A stretch of 64,000 nucleotides of DNA from an uncultured Gemmatimonadales bacterium (GCA_963850905.1 CAWKMU010000003.1:1728001-1792000); one strand, 5' to 3'. Shown: positions 38,881 through 50,896, counted from the first letter of the stretch. The notes: generated by a model from the letters alone, not told the origin. Translations and numbers: made by a program.

Positions 38881-40147
38881 TTGCTCTCCTTCACCACCGC
38901 AGGCGAATCACACGGCCCCGCGCTCGTCAGCATCCTCGAAGGGATGCCCGCCGGCGTGCCGCTCCTGGCCGCCGACGTCGACGCCGAACTGGCGCGACGG
39001 CAGCAGGGCTACGGCCGCGGCCGGCGCATGCAGATCGAGCACGATACCGTGGAGTTCCTCGCCGGCGTCCGCGCCGGCGAGACGCTCGGGTCCCCGATCG
39101 CGATGTACATTCGAAACCGCGACTGGGCGAACTGGCAACACATCATGGATCCCGCGCCGCGCTCGGAAGACCAGGTGCTCGCCGAGGACACCTCGCAGGC
39201 GGACGGCCCACGCCCGGTGCAGACGGTCGGCGCGGCTCGTGCTCGGCGGGCGCCGCGCGCGCGCGCGGTGACTCGGCCGAGGCCGGGCCATGCCGATCTC
39301 GCAGGAGTACTCAAGTACGATCGCGACGACGCACGTGATATCCTCGAGCGGGCGTCCGCACGAGAGACGACGGCGCGCGTCGCGGCCGGCGCTGTGTGCC
39401 GGCGGCTGCTGCGCGAGTTCGACATCACGGTTGGCAGCCATCTCGGTGCACCTCGGTGGCATCGACGCGATGCGCCCCGATGTGCTGCCAGCGGACATCA
39501 ACGCGGCGGCGGACGCATCGCCGCTGCGCACGTTGGACCGTGAAGCCGAGCAGCGGATGATCGAGCGCATCGATGCGGTGAAGCGCGAGGGCAACACGCT
39601 CGGCGGCATCTGCGAAGTAGTGTGTGAAGGACTGCCCGTGGGATTGGGATCACATGTCGCGTGGCATCGGAAGCTGGACGGCAGGCTCGGGGCCGCGTTA
39701 CTCTCGATACCGGCCGTGAAAGGCGTGGAGATGGGGATCGGTTTCGAAGCGGCGCGCCGGACGGGAGCCGAGGTGCATGACGAAATCGAGCTCGCGCGCG
39801 ACCGTCCTAAGAGTGGCTTCGTCAGACGGCGCACCAACCGTGCAGGAGGACTCGAAGGCGGCATGACCACTGGCGAGCCGCTCGTGCTTCGTGTAGCCAT
39901 GAAGCCGATCAGTACGCTCATGCGGCCCCTGGGCACCATCGATACAGCGACCCGCGCGTCGGCGACTGCCGTCGCCGAACGCAGTGACGTCACCGCGGTG
40001 CCTGCGATGGGCGTGATCGCGGAGGCGATGGTCGCGTTCGTGATGGCGCAGGCGTTTCTCGAGAAGTTCGGGGGCGACTCCCTGGGTGAGTTACGACGGA
40101 ACTACGAGGGATACCTGGCCCAGGTGGCCGGGCGCATGGCCGACTAG
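38881..40147 (+). CDS. aroC: Chorismate synthase (frameshifted near 39444)
   Basis: [39 protein letters not shown]. Confidence 0.95.
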
Positions 40148-40151
40148 GTCA

Positions 40152-40949
40152 GATGTACAGCGGCCGGGCAACGTGTCTCTGGGCGGGCAGGGTCCGGCCG
40201 ACGCAGCGCTTCCGTCAGGCGCCGTGGCGAGTCAGGTGACTGACGCGTTGAGGCTGCGCACGCATATCGTGCTGATTGGCTTGCCCGGGGCCGGCAAGAC
40301 CACCGTGGGGTCCGCTCTTGCCAGGCTACTCGATTGTCCCTTCATCGATCTCGATGAGGACGTGGTTCGGCACGCCGGGAGACCGATCGCGACGATCTTT
40401 GCGACGGATGGTGAGGAACACTTTCGAGCCCTCGAGCGCGAGGCGACGCTCAGAGTTCAGCGCGCGCCCCCGTCCATCGTGGCGGCGGGCGGTGGGTGGG
40501 CTACCGTACCGGAGACCGTCGCGCTCTTGCGACCACCGGCCCGTCTCACCTATCTCAAGGTCGATCCAGCGTCCGCAGCGCGCCGTCTCCATCGCTCGGC
40601 GCATCTGCGGCCTCTGTTGCGGGACGGCGCGGAGGCGGCGCTCGAGCGATTATTGAATGGTCGGCAAAAGGCCTACGAAGGCGCCGATTGGGTGGTAGAT
40701 ACGCAAGTGCTTACTAGGCAAGCTGTTATGGACAGGCTGGTGGCTCTGATCAAGGACGAAGTCGTGTCCATGAGGATGGTCCAGGGGTATGGAACGGCCG
40801 GAGGATTGCAGGCCTGCGCGGGTTACTCGAACCCCGGGCGCAGGGAACCTGCCGGGCTTGCTGCCGAGCTCAGCCGTGCCGAACCATCGTTGCAGTCGTC
40901 GGATATAAGGTATGGAAGGGAGGAGTTAGATAGAGTGTTGCCGCTATGA
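40152..40949 (+). CDS. aroK: Shikimate kinase (start and true 3' end uncertain)
   Basis: GLPGAGKTTVG, DLD, GEEHFR..E, AGGG, RPLL; follows aroC. Confidence 0.85.
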   Translation, partial: DVQRPGNVSLGGQGPADAALPSGAVASQVTDALRLRTHIVLIGLPGAGKTTVGSALARLLDCPFIDLDEDVVRHAGRPIATIFATDGEEHFRALEREATLRVQRAPPSIVAAGGGWATVPETVALLRPPARLTYLKVDPASAARRLHRSAHLRPLLRDGAEAALERLLNGRQKAYEGADWVVDTQVLTRQAVMDRLVALIKDEVVSMRMVQGYGTAGGLQACAGYSNPGRREPAGLAAELSRAEPSLQSSDIRYGREELDRVLPL

Positions 40950-41179
40950 CGTTTCGCGTGTTGGGTCCCCACGAACGGGGCCGCTTTGCTCCTGAGGCGT
41001 GGGGACATCTGCTCTCGCTGAGCGGCTCGGGACTTCTCAATGCGGCAGAACTCGAGCAGTTGATCGACCGGGCAATGGCGCAGGTCGATGGGCGGATTGC
41101 GCTGGACGATTTGCGCTCGGTAATGGAAGGGGCGGGCTACGAGGACGGACCAGGGCCTGAACACCCGACAGTGCACTAG
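40946..41179 (+). CDS. Smg/DUF494-like small protein (C-terminal-type domain only)
   Basis: FRVL..E......EA.G.L..L...G.L...E.E..I.RA pattern, terminal TVH, position upstream of topA. Confidence 0.6.
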   Translation: MTFRVLGPHERGRFAPEAWGHLLSLSGSGLLNAAELEQLIDRAMAQVDGRIALDDLRSVMEGAGYEDGPGPEHPTVH

Positions 41180-41342
41180 TCTGGAGGGATGGGGGTGCGC
41201 GCTTGGGTCCGTCAGAGGCTGAGGCGGGTACACCGTTAACGCACGTTGTGCTACTATCGTCTGCCCGAGGAGGGCGACGCGGACGCGCGAATGACGGTGT
41301 GACCTGAATGTGAAGGGCACGAACGAGTTGTATTCAAAGACT

Positions 41343-43851
41343 ATGGCATCAGCGAAGAAACCAGCAGGCAAACGCGCACAAGCTGCGCAGTCGTCGACGC
41401 CGAAACGCGCCGCGACTGGGCGCGCGCGTACATCCAAAACCGGACGGCCGCAGTCGGCGCGCGGCCGCGGCGGACGTCGCAGCGCCGAAGCGATTTTGCC
41501 GCCGCCCCCGCCGGGGACGACGGCGCTCGTCATCGTCGAATCGCCGGCCAAGGCGCAAGACGATCAGCAAGTACCTGGGTCGTGGTTATCGCGTGAAGGC
41601 GACCGTCGGACACGTCCGCGACCTGCCCCAGAAGAAGCTCGGCGTCGATGTCGATCACGGGTTCAAGCCCGAGTACGTGACGATCGCCGGCAAGGAGAAG
41701 ACGCTGGCGGAGCTGCGCGACGCCGCCAAGGACTCGCGCGAGATCTACCTCGCGACCGACCCGGATCGCGAGGGCGAAGCCATCGCGTGGCACGTCGCGG
41801 GTCAGATCGCGCGGAAGTCGGGATCGGTTCCGATTCGGCGGGCGCTCTTCCACGAAGTGACGAAGGACGCTGTGCAGCGCGCGCTCGCGAACGCGGGCGA
41901 GATCGATGAGCGCAAGGTGAACGCGCAGCAGGCGCGGCGCGTGCTCGACCGACTGGTCGGATACAAGGCGAGTCCCGTGCTCTGGAAGACCGTGAAGAAG
42001 GGTCTGTCCGCGGGGCGCGTGCAGACGGTTGCGTTGCGGATGCTCGTGGAGCGCGAGCGGGAGATCCGTGCCTTCAAGGCGGTCGAGTACTGGACCGTCG
42101 GGGCCGAGCTCCAGAAGGAGGATCAGAAGTTCACCGCCCGGCTCCATCAAATCGTCGGCAAGAAGCCGGAGATTCACAACGAGCTCGAAGCCGCGCGTAT
42201 CGTCGAGGCGGTGCGCGCGACCGCGGCCGAGCTCCGTGGCTCGATGAACGGCGCGGTCGAGGACGTGGCCGATGCGATCGGCGTGTTCCCGGTGACGGAA
42301 GTCAAGCGGCGCGCGCGGCGCAAGAATCCGCAAGCGCCCTTCACGACGAGCACGCTGCAGCAGGAAGCCGCGAAGAAGCTGGGGTTCGGTTCCAAGCGCA
42401 CGATGCGGCTGGCGCAGGACCTGTATGAAGGCATTGATCTCGGCCCTGACGGAGCGGTCGGTCTCATCACGTACATGCGCACCGACTCGACCCGCGTGTC
42501 CGAGGCCGCCGCGACGCACGCCCGGGAGCATATCGAGACGATGTTCGGTGCGAGCTTTCTGGCCGAGGCGCCCCGACTGTTCAGCGACTCTGGAAAAAAC
42601 GCGCAGGACGCGCACGAGGCGGTTCGGCCCACCGATGTCACGCGCCGCCCCGAGCTCGTGCAGCCGTACTTGTCGGACGACCAGCTCAAGCTCTATCAGC
42701 TCGTGTGGCAACGCTTCATGGCGTCCCAGATGGCACCCGCGGTCTTCGACACGACGACGGTCGACTTCGACCTCGGCGACTATCAATTCCGCTCGACGGG
42801 AAGTGTGATCAAGTTCCGCGGCTTCCTCGCGGTGTATCGCGAGGGCCGGGAATCACACGAAGGTCGGACCCTCGAGGACGAGCAGGCACTGCCCGAGATC
42901 CAGCAGGGCGAGCGCATCCCGGTGCGTGCGGTCACCCCCGTGCAACACTTCACCGAGCCCCCACCGCGCTACTCCGAGGCGAGTCTGGTCAAGGAGCTCG
43001 AGCGCCTGGGCATTGGCCGCCCGTCGACGTATGCGTCGATCATCTCGACCCTGGTGGACCGGCGCTACGCTCAGCTCGAGCAGCGGCGGTTCTTCCCGAC
43101 CCCGTTGGGCGAGAGCGTCGAGAAGGTCATGGTGAAGCAGTTCCCCGACGTGTTCAACGTCAGCTTCACGTCCGAGATGGAAGGAGAGCTCGACAAGATC
43201 GAGGACGGGCAGCGCACGTGGCAGCGCGTGCTCAAAGACTTTTACGGTCCCTTCGCGATCTCGCTGGACAAGGTCGACGTCGGCCGCCTCATCGCGGCTG
43301 CGCATGACCTGTCAGCCGTGGCGAACGAGAAATGCCCGGACTGTGGCGGCAAGCTCGTGGCCAAGGGCGGCTTCTTCGGGCCGTTCCTCGCGTGCGAGAA
43401 TCATCCCAAGAAGTGCAAGCACACGCGCCCGCTCGGGCGAGACCGCAAGCCTGCCGAGCCGACCAACTACATCTGCCACGAGTGCGGCGCACCCATGCTC
43501 AAACGTGGGGGTCGCACCGGCGATTTCCTTGGCTGCAGTCGGTTCCCGAAGTGCCGCGGCACGCGCTCCATGCCCACGGGCGTCATGTGCCCCAAGGATG
43601 GCGGAGAGCTCGCGGCGCGCCGATCCAAGAAGCGCGGCAAGATCTTCTACGGATGCGCCAACTACCCGAATTGCGATTTCGTGGCGTGGGACAAACCGGT
43701 GCGCGAGCATTGCCCTGAATGCGGATACGAAGGCGCGGAGGCCAAGTCCACCAAGTCGCGGGGTGAATACCGCAAGTGCCTGAAGTGCGCCAACGAATGG
43801 GATGTGGAGACGAAGCCGGAAACCGTGGAACCGGAGCGGGTGCCGGCCTGA
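41343..43851 (+). CDS. topA: DNA topoisomerase I with C-terminal zinc ribbons (frameshifted near 41555)
   Basis: LVIVESPAKA, ATDPDREGE, SAGRVQ, LITYMRTDS, GIGRPSTY, C4 repeats. Confidence 0.96.
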
Positions 43852-43858
43852 CGGCTGG

Positions 43859-44929
43859 TTATTTCTTGCCCGTCCCCAGGAACACCTCGGGATCCAGGTG
43901 CCCGCCCATCGACGGAAGGGGAGCCGGGTCGCTCTCATCCAAGCGCCCCAAATCGATGCGGACGACGCCGGTCGGTGTCGGCTCCAGGAAGATGTTCGCG
44001 AACTTTCGACCCCAATCGACTTCCGCGGCCGTATAGGACCCGCGCGTCGTCACGGTCTGGAAAAAGGTCTCGTCGGTTCCTGACAGAAGTATCAGGAACT
44101 CCGCCTCCGATTTGAGCAACTCCTCGCGGGTCACTCCCCGGAGTGGGCTCGTCTCATCGATGGGGTGTACGATCGTCCAGGACAGCGAGAAAAACACGAC
44201 GCTGTTGCGCTCGAGCGGGAGCAGATTGAAGGTCCGCGTGCGTACGCCGTTGACGATCTCGAAGCGAGCCAGCGTGACGCTCGCCTGGATGTTGGTGATC
44301 TCGTTGCGCCCCGCGTTCACGATTCGGAACATGAAGCCCGCGCCCCCACGGTACGGGGCGATCAGCGCCTGCCGACTGAAGCGGATGCGGGGAACGGGTC
44401 GGGAGAAGCGCGCGAAGATGATGCCGGTCGCGAGACCGATGCTCGCGAGCGCGGTGAACGACTCGAGGAGTACGAGGACGTTGGCGGTCCGCGAACCCGG
44501 GACGATCACCCCGAACCCGATCGTCGCGAACGTCTGGACGCTGAAGAAGAACGCTTGTGGAAAGCTGCCGTTCGGAAAGAGAGCGTCGCTCTCGTGCAGG
44601 GTAGCGGGTCCCGCGATGTAGTACGCCACGGCGAAGAGGAAGGCTATCGTGAGCCAGGCTGCGGCGAGAACGCCCAGGAACGGTAGCCACCGGATCGTGA
44701 GCAGAGAGTGATAGGGCGCCCCGAGCACGGCTGCGAGGCGGCTCCCGCGCCGGACGTTGAACGACCCGTCGCGGTTCATCAGCCGAACACGACTCTCGGT
44801 TGCGACAACGTTACCAAAGCCGAGGTCCGTGGGCGCCTGTCCAGCGAGCGGGGACGCCGGCATACCCGGAGGATCGGCAGGATCGGGAGAACCGACGGGG
44901 TGATGCGAGGTCTTCCGGTGGAACGCCAT
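43859..44929 (-). CDS. Inward-rectifier potassium channel (KirBac-like)
   Basis: [14 protein letters not shown] filter, [18 protein letters not shown]. Confidence 0.9.
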   Translation of the reverse strand: MAFHRKTSHHPVGSPDPADPPGMPASPLAGQAPTDLGFGNVVATESRVRLMNRDGSFNVRRGSRLAAVLGAPYHSLLTIRWLPFLGVLAAAWLTIAFLFAVAYYIAGPATLHESDALFPNGSFPQAFFFSVQTFATIGFGVIVPGSRTANVLVLLESFTALASIGLATGIIFARFSRPVPRIRFSRQALIAPYRGGAGFMFRIVNAGRNEITNIQASVTLARFEIVNGVRTRTFNLLPLERNSVVFFSLSWTIVHPIDETSPLRGVTREELLKSEAEFLILLSGTDETFFQTVTTRGSYTAAEVDWGRKFANIFLEPTPTGVVRIDLGRLDESDPAPLPSMGGHLDPEVFLGTGKK

Positions 44930-44956
44930 GCTCAGAACATATTCGTATCTTTCAGC

Positions 44957-46427
44957 ATGCGCTCGGACCGCGTTTACATCGTTGGGGGCGGCTTGGCCGG
45001 CTGTGAGGCCGCCTGGCAACTCGCCGAACGCCAGATCCCGGTCGTTCTCTTGGAGATGCGGCCGGGTCAGCCGACACCTGCCCACCGAACAGATCGGCTC
45101 GCAGAGCTCGTTTGCTCCAACACGTTCAAGAGCACGGAGCTCACGAACGCGCACGGGTTGCTGAAAGCCGAGATGCGCGCGTTGGGCTCATTGGTGCTCG
45201 CCGCCGCCGATGCTGTGCGCGTCCCCGGTGGCACCGCGCTAGCGGTGGACCGTGAGGCGTTCGCAGCCCTGGTGACCGAACGGATCGCGACGCACCCGCA
45301 GATTCGCGTCGAACGGCGCGAGGTGGCGAGCCTCCCCACTCCCGGCATCGTCGCGACGGGGCCGCTCACATCTCGATGCACTGGCCGCGGCGCTTCGGCA
45401 GCGACTCGGCGCGGAGGCGCTCGCGTTCTACGATGCGATCGCGCCGGTTGTCGACGTCGACTCGCTGGACCGCGAGCGGGTGTTCAGGGCATCGCGCTAT
45501 GGCAAGGAGACCATGAGCTGCGGGGTCGGAGGTCAGGGGTCAGGGGTTGGGGAACGGCAACGGCCGACAGGCGACGACGGTTCGACGAGCCTCGAGTCGG
45601 ACGGCGCCGCTGCGGGCGATCAGGAGCAAGGCGCGGGTGGGGCGTACATCAACTGCCCGTTCACCCGTGAGGAATACGACGCATTCATCGACGCGCTGAG
45701 CACCGCCGACCAGCATCAGGCTCACGAGTTCGATGCCGTGCCGTACTTCGAGGGGTGTCTGCCCGTCGAGGTGATGGCGCAGCGGGGTCGGGACGTGTTG
45801 CGTTTTGGTCCGCTCAAGCCTGTGGGGCTCGTCGACCCCCGGACCGGCCGGCGACCGTATGCCGTCGTCCAGTTACGCCGCGAGGATCGTGCTGGCCGGA
45901 TGTGGAATCTCGTAGGGTTTCAAACGCGGTTGCGCATCGGCGACCAGCAGCACGTATTCCGAATGATCCCAGGGTTGAGAGAAGCGGAGTTTCTGCGTTA
46001 CGGGTCGATCCATCGCAATTCCTACGTGAACACACCGGCGGTTCTGACCCCGTACCTCTCGCTACGAGACGACCCGCACACGTTGCTCGCCGGGCAGATG
46101 ACTGGAGTTGAGGGATATACCGAGAGCGCCGCCACGGGCCTCCTCGCGGGAATCAATCTCGCCCGCCTGCTCGCCGGAGATGGGCCCATCCTCCCGCCAC
46201 CTACCACGATGCTGGGCGCGTTGTACCGCTACCTGCGCGAGGCCGATCCGCGCCATTTTCAGCCGATGAACGCGAACTTCGGGCTGCTCGATGAGCTGCC
46301 GGAAGTCGTGCGCGACAAGCGACGGAAGCGGGAATTGTTCGCGGAGCGTGCCTTGCGCGATCTGACATCCTGGCGCGATGCGGCGATGGCCAGCGGCGCA
46401 CCGATCGCGGAATCATGCGCATCGTGA
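44957..46427 (+). CDS. trmFO: Folate-dependent tRNA (uracil-54) methyltransferase (frameshifted near 45374)
   Basis: [43 protein letters not shown]. Confidence 0.95.
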
Positions 46428-46449
46428 CGCCTCCGGACTCCGGCCGCTA

Positions 46450-47380
46450 ATGCCGCTTCCCGGCGCCTTCCTCGCCGATTTTCTCGCGCACCTGGAAAAA
46501 GAGCGAGATGTGTCGCCGCGCACGGTCACGGCATACGGACGCGACCTCGACGAGTTCGGCCGATTCCTGGCTGACTATTACGGCGGATCGAGTTGGACCT
46601 GGCAGGGCGTGGACCGCCTCGCCATCCGCAGCTACATGGGGCATCTCGACGCGGCGCGGCTTGGGCAAGCGCTCCGTTGCTCGTGCACTGTCGGCGGTCC
46701 GTAGCTTCTACCGATACCTTCACCTTTCGGACCTGGTCGACGTCAACCCGGCGCGCGGGGTCGGTTCACCGCGTCGCGACCGCCATCTGCCGACCTATCT
46801 CGATCGCGCGCAAGCCACGCGGCTGTTCGAGGCCGCGGAGTCGGCAGCGGCCACAGGCCGGTTCGCTGCGGTGCGGAATCTCGCGATGCTCGAGCTTTTC
46901 TATTCCACGGGCATGCGCCTGTCGGAGCTGTGTGGGCTCAGCCGACGCGATCTCGACCTCGTCTCGCAGCAAGCCAAGGTGCGAGGGAAGGGTCGCAAGG
47001 AGCGCATTGTGCCCATCGGTGACCATGCGACTCGTGCACTGCGGGCGTACGACGCGCACCGCGAGACGCTCGTGACCTCGGTGGGCGCGCGGGCCGACCG
47101 CCTCGCCGTGTTCCTCAATCAGCGTGGACAGCGCATGAGCGCTCGAGGCGTGCAGGCCGCGATCACGCGCTGCCTCGCGGGCGTCGACGAAGCCGCTGGG
47201 CTGAGCGTCCACTCGCTTCGGCATACGGTTGCGACGCACCTCCTCGACGCGGGAGCTGATCTCCGCGCGGTGCAGGAGCTGCTCGGCCATGCCTCCGTGA
47301 GCACTACCCAGGTCTACACCCACACGAGCGTCGAGCGGCTCAAGCAGGTCTATCGCAAGGCGCATCCACGGGCGATGTGA
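46450..47380 (+). CDS. xerC: Tyrosine recombinase XerC (frameshifted near 46647)
   Basis: TGMRLSE, GKGRKER, HSLRH, VQELLGH..STTQVYTH; trmFO-xerC-hslVU context. Confidence 0.9.
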
Positions 47381-47389
47381 GCGCGCGCC

Positions 47390-48601
47390 GTGGCTAGCCA
47401 TTGGCGCGCGTCACTCCGCGCCGCCGAGCGTCGTACGAAGGCACTCATCATCAGGATCCTGGGTAGCCTCGTGCGCCCCAGTGCGTCGCCGCCTCCGGAC
47501 TGGAGCACGGGTCCGCACCGCGTGCTCTATCTTCGGTACGATCGGATCGGCGACATGGTACTGGCGACCGGCATCATCAAGGCGATCGTTTCGGCGCAGC
47601 CGACCGTCACCGTCGACGTGCTTGCGTCGGTCGCGAACGCCGCAGTGCTGCGCGGCAATCCGCATGTCGGGACAGTGCTCACCATCGACCGCAAGCGACC
47701 CCTGAGCTATCTCGCGACGCTGGCTCGCGTGCGGCGCGCACGGTATGACGCGGTCGTCGACGCGATGGTGATGGCGCCGTCGCTGACGACCATGTTGCTC
47801 ATGTGGGCGAGCGGCGCGCGCCACCGCATCGGTGTTGCGGAACGAGGGAATGACTTTGCGCTCACACTGCCGGTTGCCCGCGTCAGTGGCGCCGAGCACT
47901 ACGTCGACCACTCCGCCGCGGTACTCGCGGCGTTCGGTGTCGATCCCGTGCGGGAGGCGCGACAGCGTGCCGTGAGTCCAGTGGGCACGTCGGGTGCGGA
48001 TCCTGGATCCGGCGCCCGGATCTGTGCGTCCACCAACACGAGCTGGGGCATCTGGCAGCCGGAGCTCTTTCTGACGCCAGCGGAACTGGAGGAGGGGGAA
48101 GCGCGTTGGCACAAGGCGCGTGGCCAGGCGCCGACTGCGGCGGCCGGCGTCGGCCGACTCGTCGTGAACGTGTCAGCCGGTGCCGGGTGGCGATACTGGC
48201 CGGACGAGCGATTCATCGCGACGCTCGGCCGGATCCGGTCACGCTTTCCAGGGTGGTCGATTCTCCTGGTCGGTGCGCCGCAGGACTCGGAGCGCATGGC
48301 GCGGATCGGCGCCGCCTCGGGTGCGGCGGTGACGCACACGGCCCACTACCGCGAGATGATGGCCGTCGTCGCGACCGCGGACGTGGCGCTCACCGCCGAT
48401 ACCTCCGTGACGCACATCGCGTCGGCATTTGGCCGGCCGGCCGTGGTGATGGCCGCACGGAACCGGGGCGGGCTCTATGGCCCCTATGGGACGGCCGGCC
48501 GGGCCGTCTCGACGACGAGCCTGTCGCTCGACTCGCTGGAGGTCGGGCCAGTGGCGGAGGCGTTGGAATCAGTCGTCGCCGCGGCGCGGCCGTCCCGCTG
48601 A
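47390..48601 (+). CDS. GT9 family glycosyltransferase (heptosyltransferase-like)
   Basis: RYDRIGDMVL, WP.ERF, DTSVTHIASA. Confidence 0.85.
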   Translation: MASHWRASLRAAERRTKALIIRILGSLVRPSASPPPDWSTGPHRVLYLRYDRIGDMVLATGIIKAIVSAQPTVTVDVLASVANAAVLRGNPHVGTVLTIDRKRPLSYLATLARVRRARYDAVVDAMVMAPSLTTMLLMWASGARHRIGVAERGNDFALTLPVARVSGAEHYVDHSAAVLAAFGVDPVREARQRAVSPVGTSGADPGSGARICASTNTSWGIWQPELFLTPAELEEGEARWHKARGQAPTAAAGVGRLVVNVSAGAGWRYWPDERFIATLGRIRSRFPGWSILLVGAPQDSERMARIGAASGAAVTHTAHYREMMAVVATADVALTADTSVTHIASAFGRPAVVMAARNRGGLYGPYGTAGRAVSTTSLSLDSLEVGPVAEALESVVAAARPSR

Positions 48602-48619
48602 CTGCGTTATTCTTCGACA

Positions 48620-49177
48620 ATGTCCACGCACCCACGATTCCCGACGATCTATGCCACGACCATCCTGGCCGTACGTCGCGATGGCCAGCTCGCGCTAGGC
48701 GGTGATGGCCAGGTCACGGTCGGGGAAACGGTCATGAAGTCGAACGCGCAGAAGGTGCGCGCCCTCCGGGGAGGCAAGCTCCTGGCCGGCTTTGCAGGGG
48801 CAGCGGCCGACGCCTTTACGCTCTTCGAGAAGTTCGAGGAAAAGCTGGAGCGGTACCCTGGCAACCTGCCGCGCGCGGCCGTCGAGCTTGCCAAAGATTG
48901 GCGGAGTGATCGGGTCCTTCGCCGGCTGGAGGCGCTGCTGGCAGTCGCCGACCGGCAACACGGGTTCATCATCTCGGGGACGGGCGATATCATCGAGCCC
49001 GACGACGGCATCCTCGCGATTGGCTCGGGTGGCTCGTACGCGCTCGCCGCGGCCCGCGCACTCAAGGACAACACCACGATGCCCCCAGTCGAGATCGTGC
49101 GTCGAGCGCTCGAGATCGCCGGCGAGATCTGTATCTACACGAACGACAACATCACCGTGCTCGAACCCACGGGGTGA
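48620..49177 (+). CDS. hslV: ATP-dependent protease subunit HslV
   Basis: A|TTILAV catalytic Thr, GDGQVT, GSGG, CIYTN. Confidence 0.96.
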   Translation: MSTHPRFPTIYATTILAVRRDGQLALGGDGQVTVGETVMKSNAQKVRALRGGKLLAGFAGAAADAFTLFEKFEEKLERYPGNLPRAAVELAKDWRSDRVLRRLEALLAVADRQHGFIISGTGDIIEPDDGILAIGSGGSYALAAARALKDNTTMPPVEIVRRALEIAGEICIYTNDNITVLEPTG

Positions 49178-49228
49178 GCGCGAGCACGGTGAGTTACTGT
49201 TAATTCACCACTTCATTAGGGGTCGGGG

Positions 49229-50817
49229 TTGTCCTCTAAACGCACTCAACAGGCGCTGGCCAAGCTGGCCGATCTCACACCACGGCAGATCGTGGCGGAG
49301 CTCAATCGCTACATCGTCGGCCAGGGTGAAGCGAAGAAAGCGGTGGCCATCGCGCTGCGGAACCGGTGGCGCCGTCAGCGCGCGCCCGAGACCATCCGGG
49401 AAGAGATCTCTCCCAACAACATCATCCTCATCGGCCCGACCGGGGTCGGGAAGACGGAGATCGCGCGACGTCTGGCGAAGCTGGCAGGCGCCCCGTTCGT
49501 GAAGGTCGAGGCGTCGAAGTTCACGGAAGTCGGCTACGTCGGTCGTGATGTCGAAGGGATGGTTCGCGACCTGGTGGAGAGCGCGATCGATATGGTCAGG
49601 ACGGAGCGCGAAGCGGAAGTCGAGGACCTCGCCAACGAACGCGTCGACGATCGACTGCTCGATCTCCTGCTGCCCGTTCCGACGGATGCCAAGCCCAATG
49701 GGGCCGCACAAGCCGCGGTCCGTTCCGTCGTCCACTCCAGTCGGCGCCGCGACGGCGCACGCCGTGCCGGCAGGCCCGTCGTCGACCACCACCAGTGAGC
49801 GAGGAACGGTGTTCGTCGTATCGCCGCGCGGCGACGTCTCGGTCGGCGCCGGTGCGTCCAGTGCCAAATCCGCCGAATGAGCCGCCTGGTGACGGGGCGG
49901 GGGGCGACGAAGCTGCACAGGCCCGATATCAGCGCACGCGGGCGAAGCTACGCCAGCTGCTGCTCGACGGACAACTCGAGGGGCGCGAGGTGGAGGTCGA
50001 GGTGACGCACGCCGGCCCCCAGATGTGGGACGTCATGCTGCCGCAAGGCGCGCCTGAAGGGATGGAGAACTTCATGGAGATGCTCCAGGAGATGAGTCCG
50101 AAGCGGAAGAAACGCCGCACGGTCAAGGTCTCTGAAGCGCGCCGGATCCTCATAGAGCAGGAGTTGGACAAGCTCATCGATCACGAGGACGTGACCAGCG
50201 ATGCGTTGGAGCGCGTCGAGAAGCTGGGCATCATCTTCCTCGACGAGATCGACAAGATCGCCGGCGAGCGAGGTCCGACAGGTGGTGGCGGGCCCGATGT
50301 TTCACGCGAAGGCGTGCAGCGGGATCTCCTGCCCATCGTCGAAGGCTCCAACGTCCAGACCAAGTACGGAATGGTGAAGACCGACCACGTCCTGTTCGTT
50401 GCGGCTGGCGCGTTCCACGTTTCCAAGCCCAGCGATCTGATCCCGGAGCTGCAAGGCCGGTTTCCGATCCGGGTCGAGCTCAAGCCGCTGACTGAGGAGG
50501 ACTTCGTCCGGATCATGACCGAGCCGGAGAATGCGCTGACGAAGCAGTATGCGGCGCTCATCGAGGCTGAGGGCGCGACGCTCACCTTCACCGACGACGG
50601 CATCAGGGAGATCGCCAGCACGGCGGCACGCGTGAATCAGCGGATGGAGAATATCGGCGCCCGCCGGCTGCACACGGTGATGACGACGCTGCTCGAGGAC
50701 GTCCTCTACGAGCTGCCCGATCGCGGTACGCAGCCCATCAACATCGATGCGGCGAGTGTGCGCGACCGGCTTCGCTCGATTGCCGACGACGAGGACTTGC
50801 GGAAGTACATACTTTAA
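49229..50817 (+). CDS. hslU: ATP-dependent protease ATPase HslU (one or two frameshifts at 49700-49880)
   Basis: [41 protein letters not shown]-terminal KYIL. Confidence 0.95.
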
Positions 50818-50896
50818 TCGACGGCGCACGCCGCCAGCCGGCCGCCGGGTCTCCCGGATCGGCCGTCCCGACTCGCTGCCCGACGCACCTCAACCC

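Noticed and set aside
40760..40949. C-terminal extension of AroK as a fused domain
   Set aside because: Looks like read-through into promoter-like sequence upstream of the Smg-like gene; no motif support
46450..47380. Tyrosine recombinase as a prophage/ICE integrase
   Set aside because: Housekeeping XerC context (trmFO-xerC-hslVU); no att sites or cargo seen
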